64,000 nt of DNA, from assembly GCA_036502885.1 (NCBI GenBank), contig DASXXU010000116.1, positions 740 through 64,739 on the forward strand, read 5' to 3'. Shown one piece after another: positions 26,187 to 34,685 of the stretch (positions are counted from its first letter, which is position 1; every line of letters starts with the position of its first letter). The notes under the pieces were generated by a model. It was not told the DNA's origin and ran no database searches. It saw only the letters and a list, made by a program, of their open reading frames with translations. Both the position numbers and the translations under genes were made by a program. This DNA is from Candidatus Tumulicola sp. (GTDB lineage Bacteria > Vulcanimicrobiota > Vulcanimicrobiia > Vulcanimicrobiales > Vulcanimicrobiaceae).

Positions 26187-27934
26187 GATACGCGCTCCCG
26201 TTTACGGCGTACGAATTCCAACACTTCCTCTAGCGATTTTGTATTCAACACATCGTCCTTCGTTAAGCCGGCGCGACGCGCTTGGCCGACCGCAAGTTCG
26301 GCATTTGCGAGGTCGCGGGTTCGGTGCGCGTCACTATCCGTCGTAAAGGTAACGCCGAATGATTTGGCGCGCCGCGCCAACGGCGACGGCAGATCCAATC
26401 GCATAGCCTGACCGTCGATTTCGAGCGCGGTCCCGGTTCTGGCCGCGGCCGCAAAGACGGCGTCGTAGTCGAACTCGTATCCGTGATAGCCGTCTAAACG
26501 GCGTCCGGTCGGATGTCCGATGATATTGACGTGCGGGTTCTCGCACGCCCGGATAAGACGCGCGGTCATTTCTTCACGCGATTGCTTCATCGCCTGATGC
26601 ACCGAGCCGACCACGATGTCCATTTCGCCCAGTATCTCGTCGGGAAAATCCATCGTTCCGTCGGCCAAGATATCGACTTCGCTCGAACACAGCGTCCGGA
26701 TCGAATGACGGCGCCCGATCGCCTCGACCTCGGCTCGCTGCGCACGCACGTCGTCGATCGATAAGCCGCGTTTGCGCCCGTCGCGGCCGCGAGAATGATC
26801 GCTGATCGAGTGATACTCGTACCCGCGAGCCGCTGCCGCTTCGATCATCCTCTCGAGCGCGTCGTCGCCGTCGCTCCACGTACTGTGCATGTGAAAGTCG
26901 CCGCGGATATCCGACGTCTCGATCAAAACCGGCAAGGCATTAGCGAGCGCGAGCTCGACTTCGTCGCCGCCGGTTCGCAGTTCCGGTGGTACGTATTGCA
27001 TTCCCAGGGCGGCGTACACTTCGGCTTCTGACGAACAAACGATCGATTCGCCGGTCTCGAGATTCAGGATTCCGTTTTCGCTGACGCGCAATCCGCGTCG
27101 CACCGCGTATTCGCGCAGTTTCACATTGTGATCGCGCGAGCCGGTGAAATGTTGCAGCAGGTTTCCATACAGATGATTCGGCAGCACGCGCAAATCGATT
27201 TGCAGTCCGCCAGGCAACCAAATACTCGCTTTGGTCGGGCCCTCACCGAGGACGGCCTGTGCGCGCGACCACGCCGTAAAGTGTGCGATGGTTTCGGCTG
27301 CCCGATCGGTCGTGCAAACGATGTCGATATCGCCGACGGTGACTTCTTGGCGGCGCAAGCTTCCGGCGTACGTCAGCCGGTCGATCGCGGGGCCCTCGCG
27401 CAGGTACGCCATCGCTTCGAGCGCGATCGTCAGCGCGGTTGCCAGCGGCGTCCGGTGCTGACGTCCCTGTACGGCAAGGATGCCGCGTTTCCAATTTTCG
27501 ATCGTCTTCGAACCCAAGCGCGGAACCTCGGCCAAGATGTTGGATGCGATGGCGGCTTCCAATCCCGCTAGCGAAGCGATTCCGTACTCCTCGAACAGCA
27601 TCGCCGCCGTCTTCACGCCGATGCCGTTAACCGACAGCACTTCCAAGATCGATGGCGGAAAGCGCTTATGGAGTTCGTCCAGGTGTTCGGACGTGCCGGT
27701 TTTCAATAACTGCTCCACCGCTACGCCGATCGATTTGCCGATGCCGGGGAGTTTCAAGTGCTCGCCGCCGGCGATGAGATCTGCCAAAGGCGGCGCGTTT
27801 TCAACCGAAACCGCTGCCTTTTCGTAGGCGGTGTATTTGTAGAACGATTCGCCCGCCATCTCCATCAGCGTACGAGTTTCCAGCAGCTTGGCCGCGATTT
27901 CGGCATTCGATAGCACGTGACTGACTTTGGCCAA
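26183..27934 (-). CDS. polX: Family X DNA polymerase with C-terminal PHP domain
   Basis: HhH N-terminus, pol X catalytic 'GSLRRQEVTVGDIDIV' and PHP 'RGDFHMHSTWSDG'. Length 583 aa. Confidence 0.92.
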   Translation of the reverse strand: MAKVSHVLSNAEIAAKLLETRTLMEMAGESFYKYTAYEKAAVSVENAPPLADLIAGGEHLKLPGIGKSIGVAVEQLLKTGTSEHLDELHKRFPPSILEVLSVNGIGVKTAAMLFEEYGIASLAGLEAAIASNILAEVPRLGSKTIENWKRGILAVQGRQHRTPLATALTIALEAMAYLREGPAIDRLTYAGSLRRQEVTVGDIDIVCTTDRAAETIAHFTAWSRAQAVLGEGPTKASIWLPGGLQIDLRVLPNHLYGNLLQHFTGSRDHNVKLREYAVRRGLRVSENGILNLETGESIVCSSEAEVYAALGMQYVPPELRTGGDEVELALANALPVLIETSDIRGDFHMHSTWSDGDDALERMIEAAAARGYEYHSISDHSRGRDGRKRGLSIDDVRAQRAEVEAIGRRHSIRTLCSSEVDILADGTMDFPDEILGEMDIVVGSVHQAMKQSREEMTARLIRACENPHVNIIGHPTGRRLDGYHGYEFDYDAVFAAAARTGTALEIDGQAMRLDLPSPLARRAKSFGVTFTTDSDAHRTRDLANAELAVGQARRAGLTKDDVLNTKSLEEVLEFVRRKRERVS

Positions 27935-27954
27935 GCGACGCGAATCGTACTGCC

Positions 27955-28515
27955 TTGAGCTCGATACTGCGCATGCGCGGCGCTACGTTCGGCGACGGCT
28001 GCGATACGGTCGGCCCCGTCTCGGTCGACGTGAACGCCGGCGAACGCGTCACCCTGGTCTGTTCGTCGGCGCGCGAGGCGGCCATAACGGCCAAGCTTGG
28101 CGCCGGCTTGGTGAAGGCGACCGCGGGAAGCGTTTCGATCGGCGAATTCGATCCGCGCGTGCAACCGGTGCATTGCAAACGAATTGCGGCGTTCGTTCCG
28201 CATGCGGCGCTGGCGCTGCCGGAGATGGAGTTCGAACGCTACATCGCCTATCGAGCCGCGTTATGGAACGTCGATCGCAGACGCGCGACCGCGCACGCCA
28301 AACTGATTCTCGAACGCCTTCAGGGCGTGCACGAAGCGTTTGCCTTTCCGCTAGCGGGTGCGCTCATCACGCCAGCTACGCTGGTAGTGCTCGAACGGCC
28401 GCAACCCGCCTACGCGGAACAGATCGTTGCCGCCGTCGGGTCGCGCTCGATGTTCTCGACGCACCTCGAACGCGCGGCGGCCGAACTGTTTGCGAACGTT
28501 GCGGTGCAAGCGTGA
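27955..28515 (+). CDS. Degenerate ABC-ATPase-like protein (Walker A, signature and Walker B lost)
   Basis: It aligns by eye to an ABC nucleotide-binding domain ('VNAGERVTLV-CSSAREAA-ITAKLGAGLVKATAGSVSIGEFD'). G-x-x-G-x-G-K-[ST] is replaced by CSSAREAA, and 'VVLERP' stands in place of the hhhhDEP box. GC3-rich. TTG start; the alternative is ATG 27973. Confidence 0.5.
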   Translation: MSSILRMRGATFGDGCDTVGPVSVDVNAGERVTLVCSSAREAAITAKLGAGLVKATAGSVSIGEFDPRVQPVHCKRIAAFVPHAALALPEMEFERYIAYRAALWNVDRRRATAHAKLILERLQGVHEAFAFPLAGALITPATLVVLERPQPAYAEQIVAAVGSRSMFSTHLERAAAELFANVAVQA

Positions 28516-29087
28516 CGACCCGTGCGTTTGCCGCCGTCGTCGAAGCACGCGTGTTCTCGCAACGGCACACGCTGGTATACGGTTTGGTGGCCGCCGGTTT
28601 GGTAGGCGCCGTTCAGCCGCGCGGTCTAGCCGCGCCGGCATTTTTCTGCTCGTTGGTCGGTATCGTCGCCGCGTTGCAGCAAGGCCCGGGGCGGTTTATG
28701 GATCTGGATTTGTGCGAGCAATGTGCTCCGCTGTTCGGTCGCGAGTTGGCGCGCGCAAAAGCGTTGGTGCCGTGCGCTATCGCAGTAGTCGCTGCGGCTG
28801 CATACTGTGCTACTGCGTCGCTCGCAGGCTGGCGCGGCATTCCGGCGACATTCGCGTATACGATCGCAGCCGCCGTTCCGGCAACGCTTACGGCGCTGTG
28901 CGCGACGCTACGCACCGGGCCGGCGCGCCGGCTTTATTTGGTCATGGCCGCAGCCGCGAGCGGAATAGTGGTTGCAATCGTTGTTTGGACGCGCGTTCCG
29001 TGGGCGGCCGGCGCATTCGCGGCGCTGGCGGCGTTTCTTGCCTTACGGCAATACGGCGAAGCGCTAGCGCGCTACGATCCGGTGTAA
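28512..29087 (+). CDS. Polytopic membrane protein coupled to the ABC-like gene
   Basis: This is the C-terminal part of ORF 27927..29087, trimmed to GTG 28512 (GTGA overlap with the upstream stop). About 5-6 hydrophobic helices (for example 'LVYGLVAAGLVGAV', 'IVVAIVVWTRVPWAAGAFAALAAFLAL'). Confidence 0.5.
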   Translation: MTTRAFAAVVEARVFSQRHTLVYGLVAAGLVGAVQPRGLAAPAFFCSLVGIVAALQQGPGRFMDLDLCEQCAPLFGRELARAKALVPCAIAVVAAAAYCATASLAGWRGIPATFAYTIAAAVPATLTALCATLRTGPARRLYLVMAAAASGIVVAIVVWTRVPWAAGAFAALAAFLALRQYGEALARYDPV

Positions 29088-29091
29088 GCGA

Positions 29092-29655
29092 TCAGACCGG
29101 TTGCGGCGGCGCGGCCGTGGCGAGCTTTTCGAGCATCGCACGGTTGAACTGCGGCATATCCTCGCCCCCGCGCGTGGAAACCCAATTCGAATCGCTGACG
29201 GTCGGTTGATCGCGATACAATCCGCCCGCATTGCGAATGTCGTCGGCGATCGCGCGCGCACCAGTCAACTGGCGTCCGCGCACGATTTGCGCGGAGATCA
29301 ACACCTGGGCTCCGTGACCGACCGAAAACACCGGCTTCTTGGCGGCGTCGAATTCGCGGCAGAGGCGCTGTACGTCGCGATCCGTGCGAACGTGATCGGG
29401 CGAAGTTCCGCCCGGGATCAGCAAGGCGTCGAAATCTTCGGCGGTGCAATCGGGGATCAGCTCTTCGGCACGAGCGTTTTGCCCGTCGTCGAGGCCGCGT
29501 TTACCGCGGATGCGCTGACGCGCACGCTCGTCCAGTCCGACGATAGTAACGACGGCACCGGCATCTTCGAGCGCCCGGCGCGGTTCCAGTAAATCGATTT
29601 CTTCAAATCCGTCCGCGATGAGGGCCGCGATCCGTTTTCCGTCTACTCCTTGCAT
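29092..29655 (-). CDS. DJ-1/PfpI family protein lacking the nucleophile Cys
   Basis: 'KRIAALIADGFEEIDLLEP' and 'DALLIPGG'. 'KPVFSVGHGAQVLISA' stands where PfpI has '...ICHGPQ(I/L)LISA', so Cys is replaced by Gly. Confidence 0.85.
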   Translation of the reverse strand: MQGVDGKRIAALIADGFEEIDLLEPRRALEDAGAVVTIVGLDERARQRIRGKRGLDDGQNARAEELIPDCTAEDFDALLIPGGTSPDHVRTDRDVQRLCREFDAAKKPVFSVGHGAQVLISAQIVRGRQLTGARAIADDIRNAGGLYRDQPTVSDSNWVSTRGGEDMPQFNRAMLEKLATAAPPQPV

Positions 29656-29679
29656 CGCCGCCTCCGTTCGCGGGACCGG

Positions 29680-30183
29680 CTAGAGGGTCCCACCGGTCTG
29701 CTCGACCGCGGCCCGGAGCAGATACGCAAGCTCGACCTCGGCCTTTCCGACCGTATCGAGGATCGGATCTTCGGCCAACGCTTTAAGCGTCGGGTTCCGG
29801 CGCGTCATGTCGCCCTCGGGGACGCGATGCCGGGGGTTGATCTCGCGCATGTAGATGCGTGCGTCGTAACGCAGCGGACCCTCGGGCAGAAAATAGAGCG
29901 GGTCCACACCGAAGGCGTACACCTCTAGCGATAAGACGGCGGTACGCTGCAGAAACTCGATCGGTCGGAGGCGCAGGCCGATACAGAGCCGCGCCAGCGC
30001 GCTGACCCCGATGCGCCGCGCGCCGGCCAACACCTCATCGAACTCGCCGGCGGTCAAGCCGAGCGCATCCGCCAGCGAGGCGGCTTCCACGCCTTGCTCG
30101 CAGATGCAGGCTGCCAGACCGGTGCCAAAAGCAGTTCCACCGGCCGTGCCGATCCGTCCGTTCCAGGCGGCGTCGTTCGTCAT
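29680..30183 (-). CDS. XRE-like HTH protein with an uncharacterised C-terminal domain
   Basis: Trimmed to 'MTNDAAW', giving an ATGA overlap with the Rieske stop. 'CICEQGVEAASLADALGLTAGEFDEVLAGARRIGVSALARLC' resembles a Cro/C1-type HTH. The C-terminal 100 aa are unassigned. Confidence 0.5.
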   Translation of the reverse strand: MTNDAAWNGRIGTAGGTAFGTGLAACICEQGVEAASLADALGLTAGEFDEVLAGARRIGVSALARLCIGLRLRPIEFLQRTAVLSLEVYAFGVDPLYFLPEGPLRYDARIYMREINPRHRVPEGDMTRRNPTLKALAEDPILDTVGKAEVELAYLLRAAVEQTGGTL

Positions 30184-30524
30184 AGTGGCTCCGGTTCGGT
30201 GGCGACCTCGACCCAACCGTCGCGGACGCGCGATTCGAAGCGGCGCAGGCTAGCGAAGCCCGGTCCGATGGCCATTTCCCCAGTGTGAAGGTCGAAAGTC
30301 CAAGCATGCCATGGGCAGGTCACCGTCGCGCCATCGATCTGGCCTTCGCCGATCGGCCCCCCCTGGTGCGGGCACGCGTTCTCGTAGGCGTGCACCGCGC
30401 CGTCGACCAAAAAAATCGCGACCTCATATTGTCCGATCCGCACGATGGCGGGCCGGTCGGGGGCGATGTCGATACGGCGCGCGGCACCGACGAAGACGCC
30501 GGCACTCGAAGCTGGTTCGCTCAA
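30180..30524 (-). CDS. Small soluble Rieske [2Fe-2S] protein (NirD/ferredoxin-subunit-like)
   Basis: 'CPHQGGPI' and 'CPWHAWTFD'. The start is re-picked to the TTG at codon 11 of ORF 30180..30554, which forms a TTGA overlap with the upstream stop. The ATG at 30554 is the alternative. Confidence 0.85.
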   Translation of the reverse strand: MSEPASSAGVFVGAARRIDIAPDRPAIVRIGQYEVAIFLVDGAVHAYENACPHQGGPIGEGQIDGATVTCPWHAWTFDLHTGEMAIGPGFASLRRFESRVRDGWVEVATEPEPL

Positions 30525-31105
30525 TACGGGACGCCTTTGCGCTTTTGGGCGCATAGCGCTTCGACGTACCAGAGAAACTCGTCGAAGAACTGCTTCGAGA
30601 ACGAGACCGTGTTTTTGTCGGTCGGGGTCCCGTCATCGGTAAACGCTTCCCCGACGCGGGCCATCGGCAACAGCGAAGGGATCGTCACCATCCCCATCTC
30701 GGCCAACGTCATCCTCAGCTGCATGGCCCCACGAACGCCGCCCCAGCGGCCGCCCGAATAGCACGCGATCCCGGCCGGGCGCCAGAAATACTCCTCGAGA
30801 AAGTGGTCCATCATATTTTTGAGCGCGGGCGGGACGCCGTTGTTGTACTCGCCCGAGACGATGATAAACCCATCCGCTCGTTTCAGGAGAGCTGCCAGGT
30901 CGCTCATCACGACCGGGGCTTCGCCCGGCGGGAATTCCTTGAACATCCGGTCGAGCAGCGGGAACTTCCGCTCCAGCGGGTCGACCAGGATTGCATCGAT
31001 GCCACGCTCGCGGAGCTGCCCGCACACGAAGAGCGCGAACTTTATGCCCTGCCTATCGGTGCGCACCGAGCCGTAGATCACCGGGACCGTCAACTGTGAA
31101 TCCAT
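30521..31105 (-). CDS. NAD(P)H-dependent FMN reductase family protein
   Basis: Trimmed to 'MDSQLTVPVIYGSVRTDRQG' (flavodoxin-like start), with 'GFIIVSGEYNNGVPPALKN'. The longest ORF extends to 31129 and would cover the rpsO -35 box. Confidence 0.85.
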   Translation of the reverse strand: MDSQLTVPVIYGSVRTDRQGIKFALFVCGQLRERGIDAILVDPLERKFPLLDRMFKEFPPGEAPVVMSDLAALLKRADGFIIVSGEYNNGVPPALKNMMDHFLEEYFWRPAGIACYSGGRWGGVRGAMQLRMTLAEMGMVTIPSLLPMARVGEAFTDDGTPTDKNTVSFSKQFFDEFLWYVEALCAQKRKGVPY

Positions 31106-31123
31106 CCGAAACCGCGATTGCGC

Positions 31124-31152
31124 TTGCACGCTGCGGCGTCCTTTGCTATGGT
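31124..31152 (+). promoter_or_regulatory. Putative sigma70-type promoter of rpsO
   Basis: TTGCAC, 17 nt, TATGGT, located about 70 nt upstream of the rpsO GTG. AAGGAG lies 8 nt before the start. Confidence 0.4.
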
Positions 31153-31220
31153 AGGCCGGTCGCCGGGACGGACGTACCGCCTGTACCCGAGCGAGACCAT
31201 CCTGTTAAGGAGCTTTTCGC

Positions 31221-31490
31221 GTGCCACTTTCTAAAGACCAAAAGGCCGAACTGGCCACCAAATACGGTCGCAGCGCCAACGACACCGGATCGGCTGAAGT
31301 ACAAGTCGCCATCCTGACGGCCTCGATCAACCACCTTACCGAACATTTGAAGATTCACAAGAAGGACCATCACAGCCGTCGCGGCTTGCTGCTGCAAGTC
31401 GGCCAACGCCGCCGCCTGTTAAACTATTTGTCGCACAAAGATCTCGAGCGTTATCGCACGCTGATCTCCGACCTGGGATTACGCCGCTAA
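31221..31490 (+). CDS. rpsO: 30S ribosomal protein S15
   Basis: Length 89 aa, '[35 protein letters not shown]'. GTG start with an AAGGAG Shine-Dalgarno. Confidence 0.97.
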   Translation: MPLSKDQKAELATKYGRSANDTGSAEVQVAILTASINHLTEHLKIHKKDHHSRRGLLLQVGQRRRLLNYLSHKDLERYRTLISDLGLRR

Positions 31491-31496
31491 CATCGC

Positions 31497-31518
31497 AGAT
31501 CGACGACTCGATCTTTTT
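31497..31518 (+). terminator. Intrinsic terminator after rpsO
   Basis: Hairpin AGATCGA-cgac-TCGATCT followed by TTTT. Confidence 0.55.
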
Positions 31519-31519
31519 G

Positions 31520-31548
31520 AAAGGCTGCGGCGAGTGACCGCAGCCTTT
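31520..31548. terminator. Second GC-rich hairpin between the convergent rpsO and protease genes
   Basis: AAAGGCTGCGG-cgagtga-CCGCAGCCTTT, followed by TT on the + strand. It overlaps the last codons of the minus-strand gene. Confidence 0.5.
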
Positions 31549-32735
31549 TAAACAAGTTCCCGCAACGAAAATACTTTCGTGAAGGTGTGCCCGTTTCGCG
31601 TAAGCGTCAGGCTAACTCGTTTGCCGACCTTGTCGTACCACATGTCGCGAAACGCAGCCATGTCGAGCGTCTTCGCGTCTCGGCCATTCAAGGACAGCAC
31701 CACATCGCCCGAGAGCACGCCCGCTTTGGCCGCAGGGCTGTTGTCGATTACGCTAGCGACGCGCCATCCCGCAGAGCTGCGAATGACGGTGAGACCGGCG
31801 CGGTTGAAAACAAACGCTCGCGCGAAGTTCGTATTTGGGTCGAGGTAGAGCGTATGGCCGGGCACATCGAGCGTGACCGTGAAGTGGCGAAGTACGTCGG
31901 ATCCGAGATTGCCCGAGAAGTCTTCGTTGGAGAACACTCCGCCGCGCGAATCTGCAACGAGAACGATGGGCCGGTGTAACGTCAGTCCCCCGATGTTTAG
32001 GCTCTGCGCTCGCGTGACCGTTCCGTACATCGCTCCTCCGACACCGCGCCCAATCTCAGCCCGAAGTCCGCTTGCGAGCCCTAAGCCATTTGCGAAGGTC
32101 TGTGTAACCGTCACGGCCTGACTGGACCCCGCGTCGACGTCGAAGTTCCCGGAATGTCCGTCGATGGAGGCTGGAATATTTGGTATCCCGCTCGCCCGCA
32201 AAGAGACGGGGACGTGAGCGGATGCGCTATCGGCTTTAAACGAGGCCGGCTGCGTAAGCGTTAGTTTCGAGTTTTGGTAGTCGATCGTCACCACTAGGCT
32301 TCGGAAGAACTCTCGTCCCAGAATCCCGCCAAAGATCGCTCCGCGAAACGGGCTCTCCAGCGGAAGTCGCGGCAACACGAGAAAGCTCGCTCCCACCAGG
32401 CTCGCGCTGCCTAGCTCGATGCGAGGAACTCGCACGATATCGACCCGCGTCGCGTCTTCACCAACGCCTCGTGCCTCGACTTGTCCAACCGGCGTAAGGT
32501 GCAAGCGCTCCGACAACTCGGGGGTAAGCGACTCCGTCCCCCCGGTATCGAAAGCAAACGCGTAGGATATGCCGCCAATCGATGCGCGGATGTAGATGTG
32601 ATTGCCGTGCAGCGTAAACGGGACGGTCGTGCGATCCGTAAGGGAGATCGTTCCATCCGCGAGCGGCGAGCAGCCGGACGCCGGCAAGAGACAAGCAGCA
32701 AGCGCGCTCGCGAGAAGCGCTGGGCCAAACTTCAT
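31548..32735 (-). CDS. Lipoprotein with two retropepsin-like aspartic protease domains and a C-terminal PDZ domain
   Basis: Lipobox 'LPASG|C'. 'FAFDTGGTESL' + 'GILGREFF' and 'FDVDAGSSQAV' + 'GNLGSDVL' (two D-[TA]-G half sites). PDZ 'VIDNSPAAKAGVLSGDVVLSLNG'. Confidence 0.75.
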   Translation of the reverse strand: MKFGPALLASALAACLLPASGCSPLADGTISLTDRTTVPFTLHGNHIYIRASIGGISYAFAFDTGGTESLTPELSERLHLTPVGQVEARGVGEDATRVDIVRVPRIELGSASLVGASFLVLPRLPLESPFRGAIFGGILGREFFRSLVVTIDYQNSKLTLTQPASFKADSASAHVPVSLRASGIPNIPASIDGHSGNFDVDAGSSQAVTVTQTFANGLGLASGLRAEIGRGVGGAMYGTVTRAQSLNIGGLTLHRPIVLVADSRGGVFSNEDFSGNLGSDVLRHFTVTLDVPGHTLYLDPNTNFARAFVFNRAGLTVIRSSAGWRVASVIDNSPAAKAGVLSGDVVLSLNGRDAKTLDMAAFRDMWYDKVGKRVSLTLTRNGHTFTKVFSLRELV

Positions 32736-32800
32736 TTATGCGTGTACTGTGCCCGCCGGCCAAAATCATGGATTACTTTGTGCCTAAATTGTGCCATCGC

Positions 32801-32829
32801 AAAGGCGACGGAGAATTCCGCCCGTCGCC
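32801..32829 (-). terminator. Putative terminator after the split transketolase genes
   Basis: Stem GGCGACGG / CCGTCGCC with a 10-nt loop, followed on the minus strand by TTTGCG. The U-tract is weak. Confidence 0.35.
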
Positions 32830-32860
32830 TATCGAGAATCTTCCCGCAGCTTCACGGCTG

Positions 32861-33835
32861 TCAAGAGCGCTTGCGCTTGGCGACTTTTCGAACGGCATCG
32901 GCGATCGAATCGATGCCCATGCCGTAGAACTCGATCAGCTCGAGCGGATCGCCGGATTGTCCGAAGCGATCGTCGACGCCGATAAACTCCATTGGGACCG
33001 CGTAATTCTGCGCCACGATTTCGGCGACGCGCGAACCCATGCCGGCGTGGCGTTGATGCTCCTCGACCGTAACGATCGCGCCGCAATCCTTCGCGGCCGC
33101 TACGATCGCCGCTTCATCCATCGGTTTGATGGTGTGATTGTTGACCACGCGGCATTCGATGCCGTCTTCACGCGAAAGTTTTTCGGCGGCCATCAACGCG
33201 TTGTAGACGAGGATGCCGCACGCGACGATTGCGACGTCCGAACCCTCGCGGAAGATCTGCGCTTCACCGACGGTAAACGGCGTCTGTTCGGTCGTAATCA
33301 CCGGCGATTTTTCGCGGCCGAAGCGCAGGTAGGTCGGGCCCCAGCGTTGCGATAGCGCCAGCGTCGCCTTCTTCGTCTGCACCGAGTCGCACGGCACGAC
33401 GATCGTCATGCTCGGTATAACGCGCATGATTGCGATATCTTCGATTGCTTGATGCGTCGCGCCATCCGGACCGACCGAAACGCCCGCATGCGCGCCGGCG
33501 ATTTTCACGTTGGTTTGGTTGAGCGCCATGATCGTGCGGACTTGCTCCCACGAGCGTCCGGGATTGAACATCGCATAGCTTGCGATCCACGGAATTTTAC
33601 CGACGGCTGCGAGGCCGCCCGCCATCGCCACCAGCATCTGCTCGGCAACACCGATCTCGACGTACTGTTCCGGATGCGCTTTCTTGAACGCTTCGAATCG
33701 TGTGGATTCGGAAAGATCGGCGCAGATGCCGAGGACGTTGCGATCGCGCGTCCCGGCCTCGACCAAACCTTCTCCAAAACCGTTGCGCGTGGGGACCTGC
33801 GCGACGCCCTTGCGATAATCGACTAACTCAACCAC
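32861..33835 (-). CDS. Transketolase, C-terminal (pyrimidine-binding) subunit
   Basis: 'GFGEGLVEAG', 'VEIGVAEQMLV' and 'GATHQAIEDIAIMR'. Length 324 aa. It overlaps the N-terminal subunit gene by 8 nt. Confidence 0.92.
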   Translation of the reverse strand: MVELVDYRKGVAQVPTRNGFGEGLVEAGTRDRNVLGICADLSESTRFEAFKKAHPEQYVEIGVAEQMLVAMAGGLAAVGKIPWIASYAMFNPGRSWEQVRTIMALNQTNVKIAGAHAGVSVGPDGATHQAIEDIAIMRVIPSMTIVVPCDSVQTKKATLALSQRWGPTYLRFGREKSPVITTEQTPFTVGEAQIFREGSDVAIVACGILVYNALMAAEKLSREDGIECRVVNNHTIKPMDEAAIVAAAKDCGAIVTVEEHQRHAGMGSRVAEIVAQNYAVPMEFIGVDDRFGQSGDPLELIEFYGMGIDSIADAVRKVAKRKRS

Positions 33836-34685
33836 GGGCCACGATCCGTTCGCGCGCGGCGGCGAGCTCTTTGAGCGCGATTTCCGTTTGTTCGTTGTTG
33901 GGCGGCTTGCCGTGCCACGTGTAATCGCCTTCCATATACGAGACGCCCTTACCGGGAACGGTGTTCGCGACGATCACTTGCGGCTTGCCTTTTACCGCTC
34001 GCGCGCGTTCGGCGGTTTCGACGAACGATGCCATATCGTTACCGTCGCATTCCAGCACTTCCCAATTGAACGAGCGGTATTTCGCGCCCAACGGCTCGAG
34101 CGGCATCACGTCTTCGGTGCTGCCGTCGATCTGGATGAAGTTTCGGTCGATGATGCACGTCAAGTTATCGAGCTTGAATTTTGCAGCCGTCATCACGGCC
34201 TCCCAGTGCAGGCCGCACTGATGTTCCGCGTCCGACGTAACGACCCACACGTGAAAATCTTCGCCGTTCATCTTCGCGGCGAGCGCCATGCCGGTGCCTT
34301 GCGCGAGGCCCTCCCCGAGCGGGCCCGACGTCGTTTCTAACGACGGTAGCGTAACGCGTTCCGGGTGGCCCTGGAGACGCGACCCGAACTTGCGTAGCGT
34401 CAGCAACTCTTCGACCGGAAAGTATCCGAAGTTGGCCATCGCCGAGTATCGCACCGGCGCGATATGACCGCACGACAAAAGTAGGCGGTCGCGCTGCGGC
34501 CACTCCGGACGCTGCGGATCGTGCCGCATTAGCGTTCCGTACAACGCGGCAAAGATGTCGGACATATCGAGCGGACCGGCCGAATGACCCGATCCCGCAG
34601 CGTGCAGCGAACGAATGATGCCTTGCCGGATATCGTTTGCTTTGAGCTCGAGATCGCGCAAGCGGTCGGGGGTTAGGGTCGGCAT
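33828..34685 (-). CDS. Transketolase, N-terminal (TPP-binding) subunit
   Basis: Trimmed to 'MPTLTPDRLRDLELKANDIR'. 'GSGHSAGPL', 'SCGHIAP' and 'GPLGEGLAQGTGMA'. Confidence 0.92.
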   Translation of the reverse strand: MPTLTPDRLRDLELKANDIRQGIIRSLHAAGSGHSAGPLDMSDIFAALYGTLMRHDPQRPEWPQRDRLLLSCGHIAPVRYSAMANFGYFPVEELLTLRKFGSRLQGHPERVTLPSLETTSGPLGEGLAQGTGMALAAKMNGEDFHVWVVTSDAEHQCGLHWEAVMTAAKFKLDNLTCIIDRNFIQIDGSTEDVMPLEPLGAKYRSFNWEVLECDGNDMASFVETAERARAVKGKPQVIVANTVPGKGVSYMEGDYTWHGKPPNNEQTEIALKELAAARERIVARG

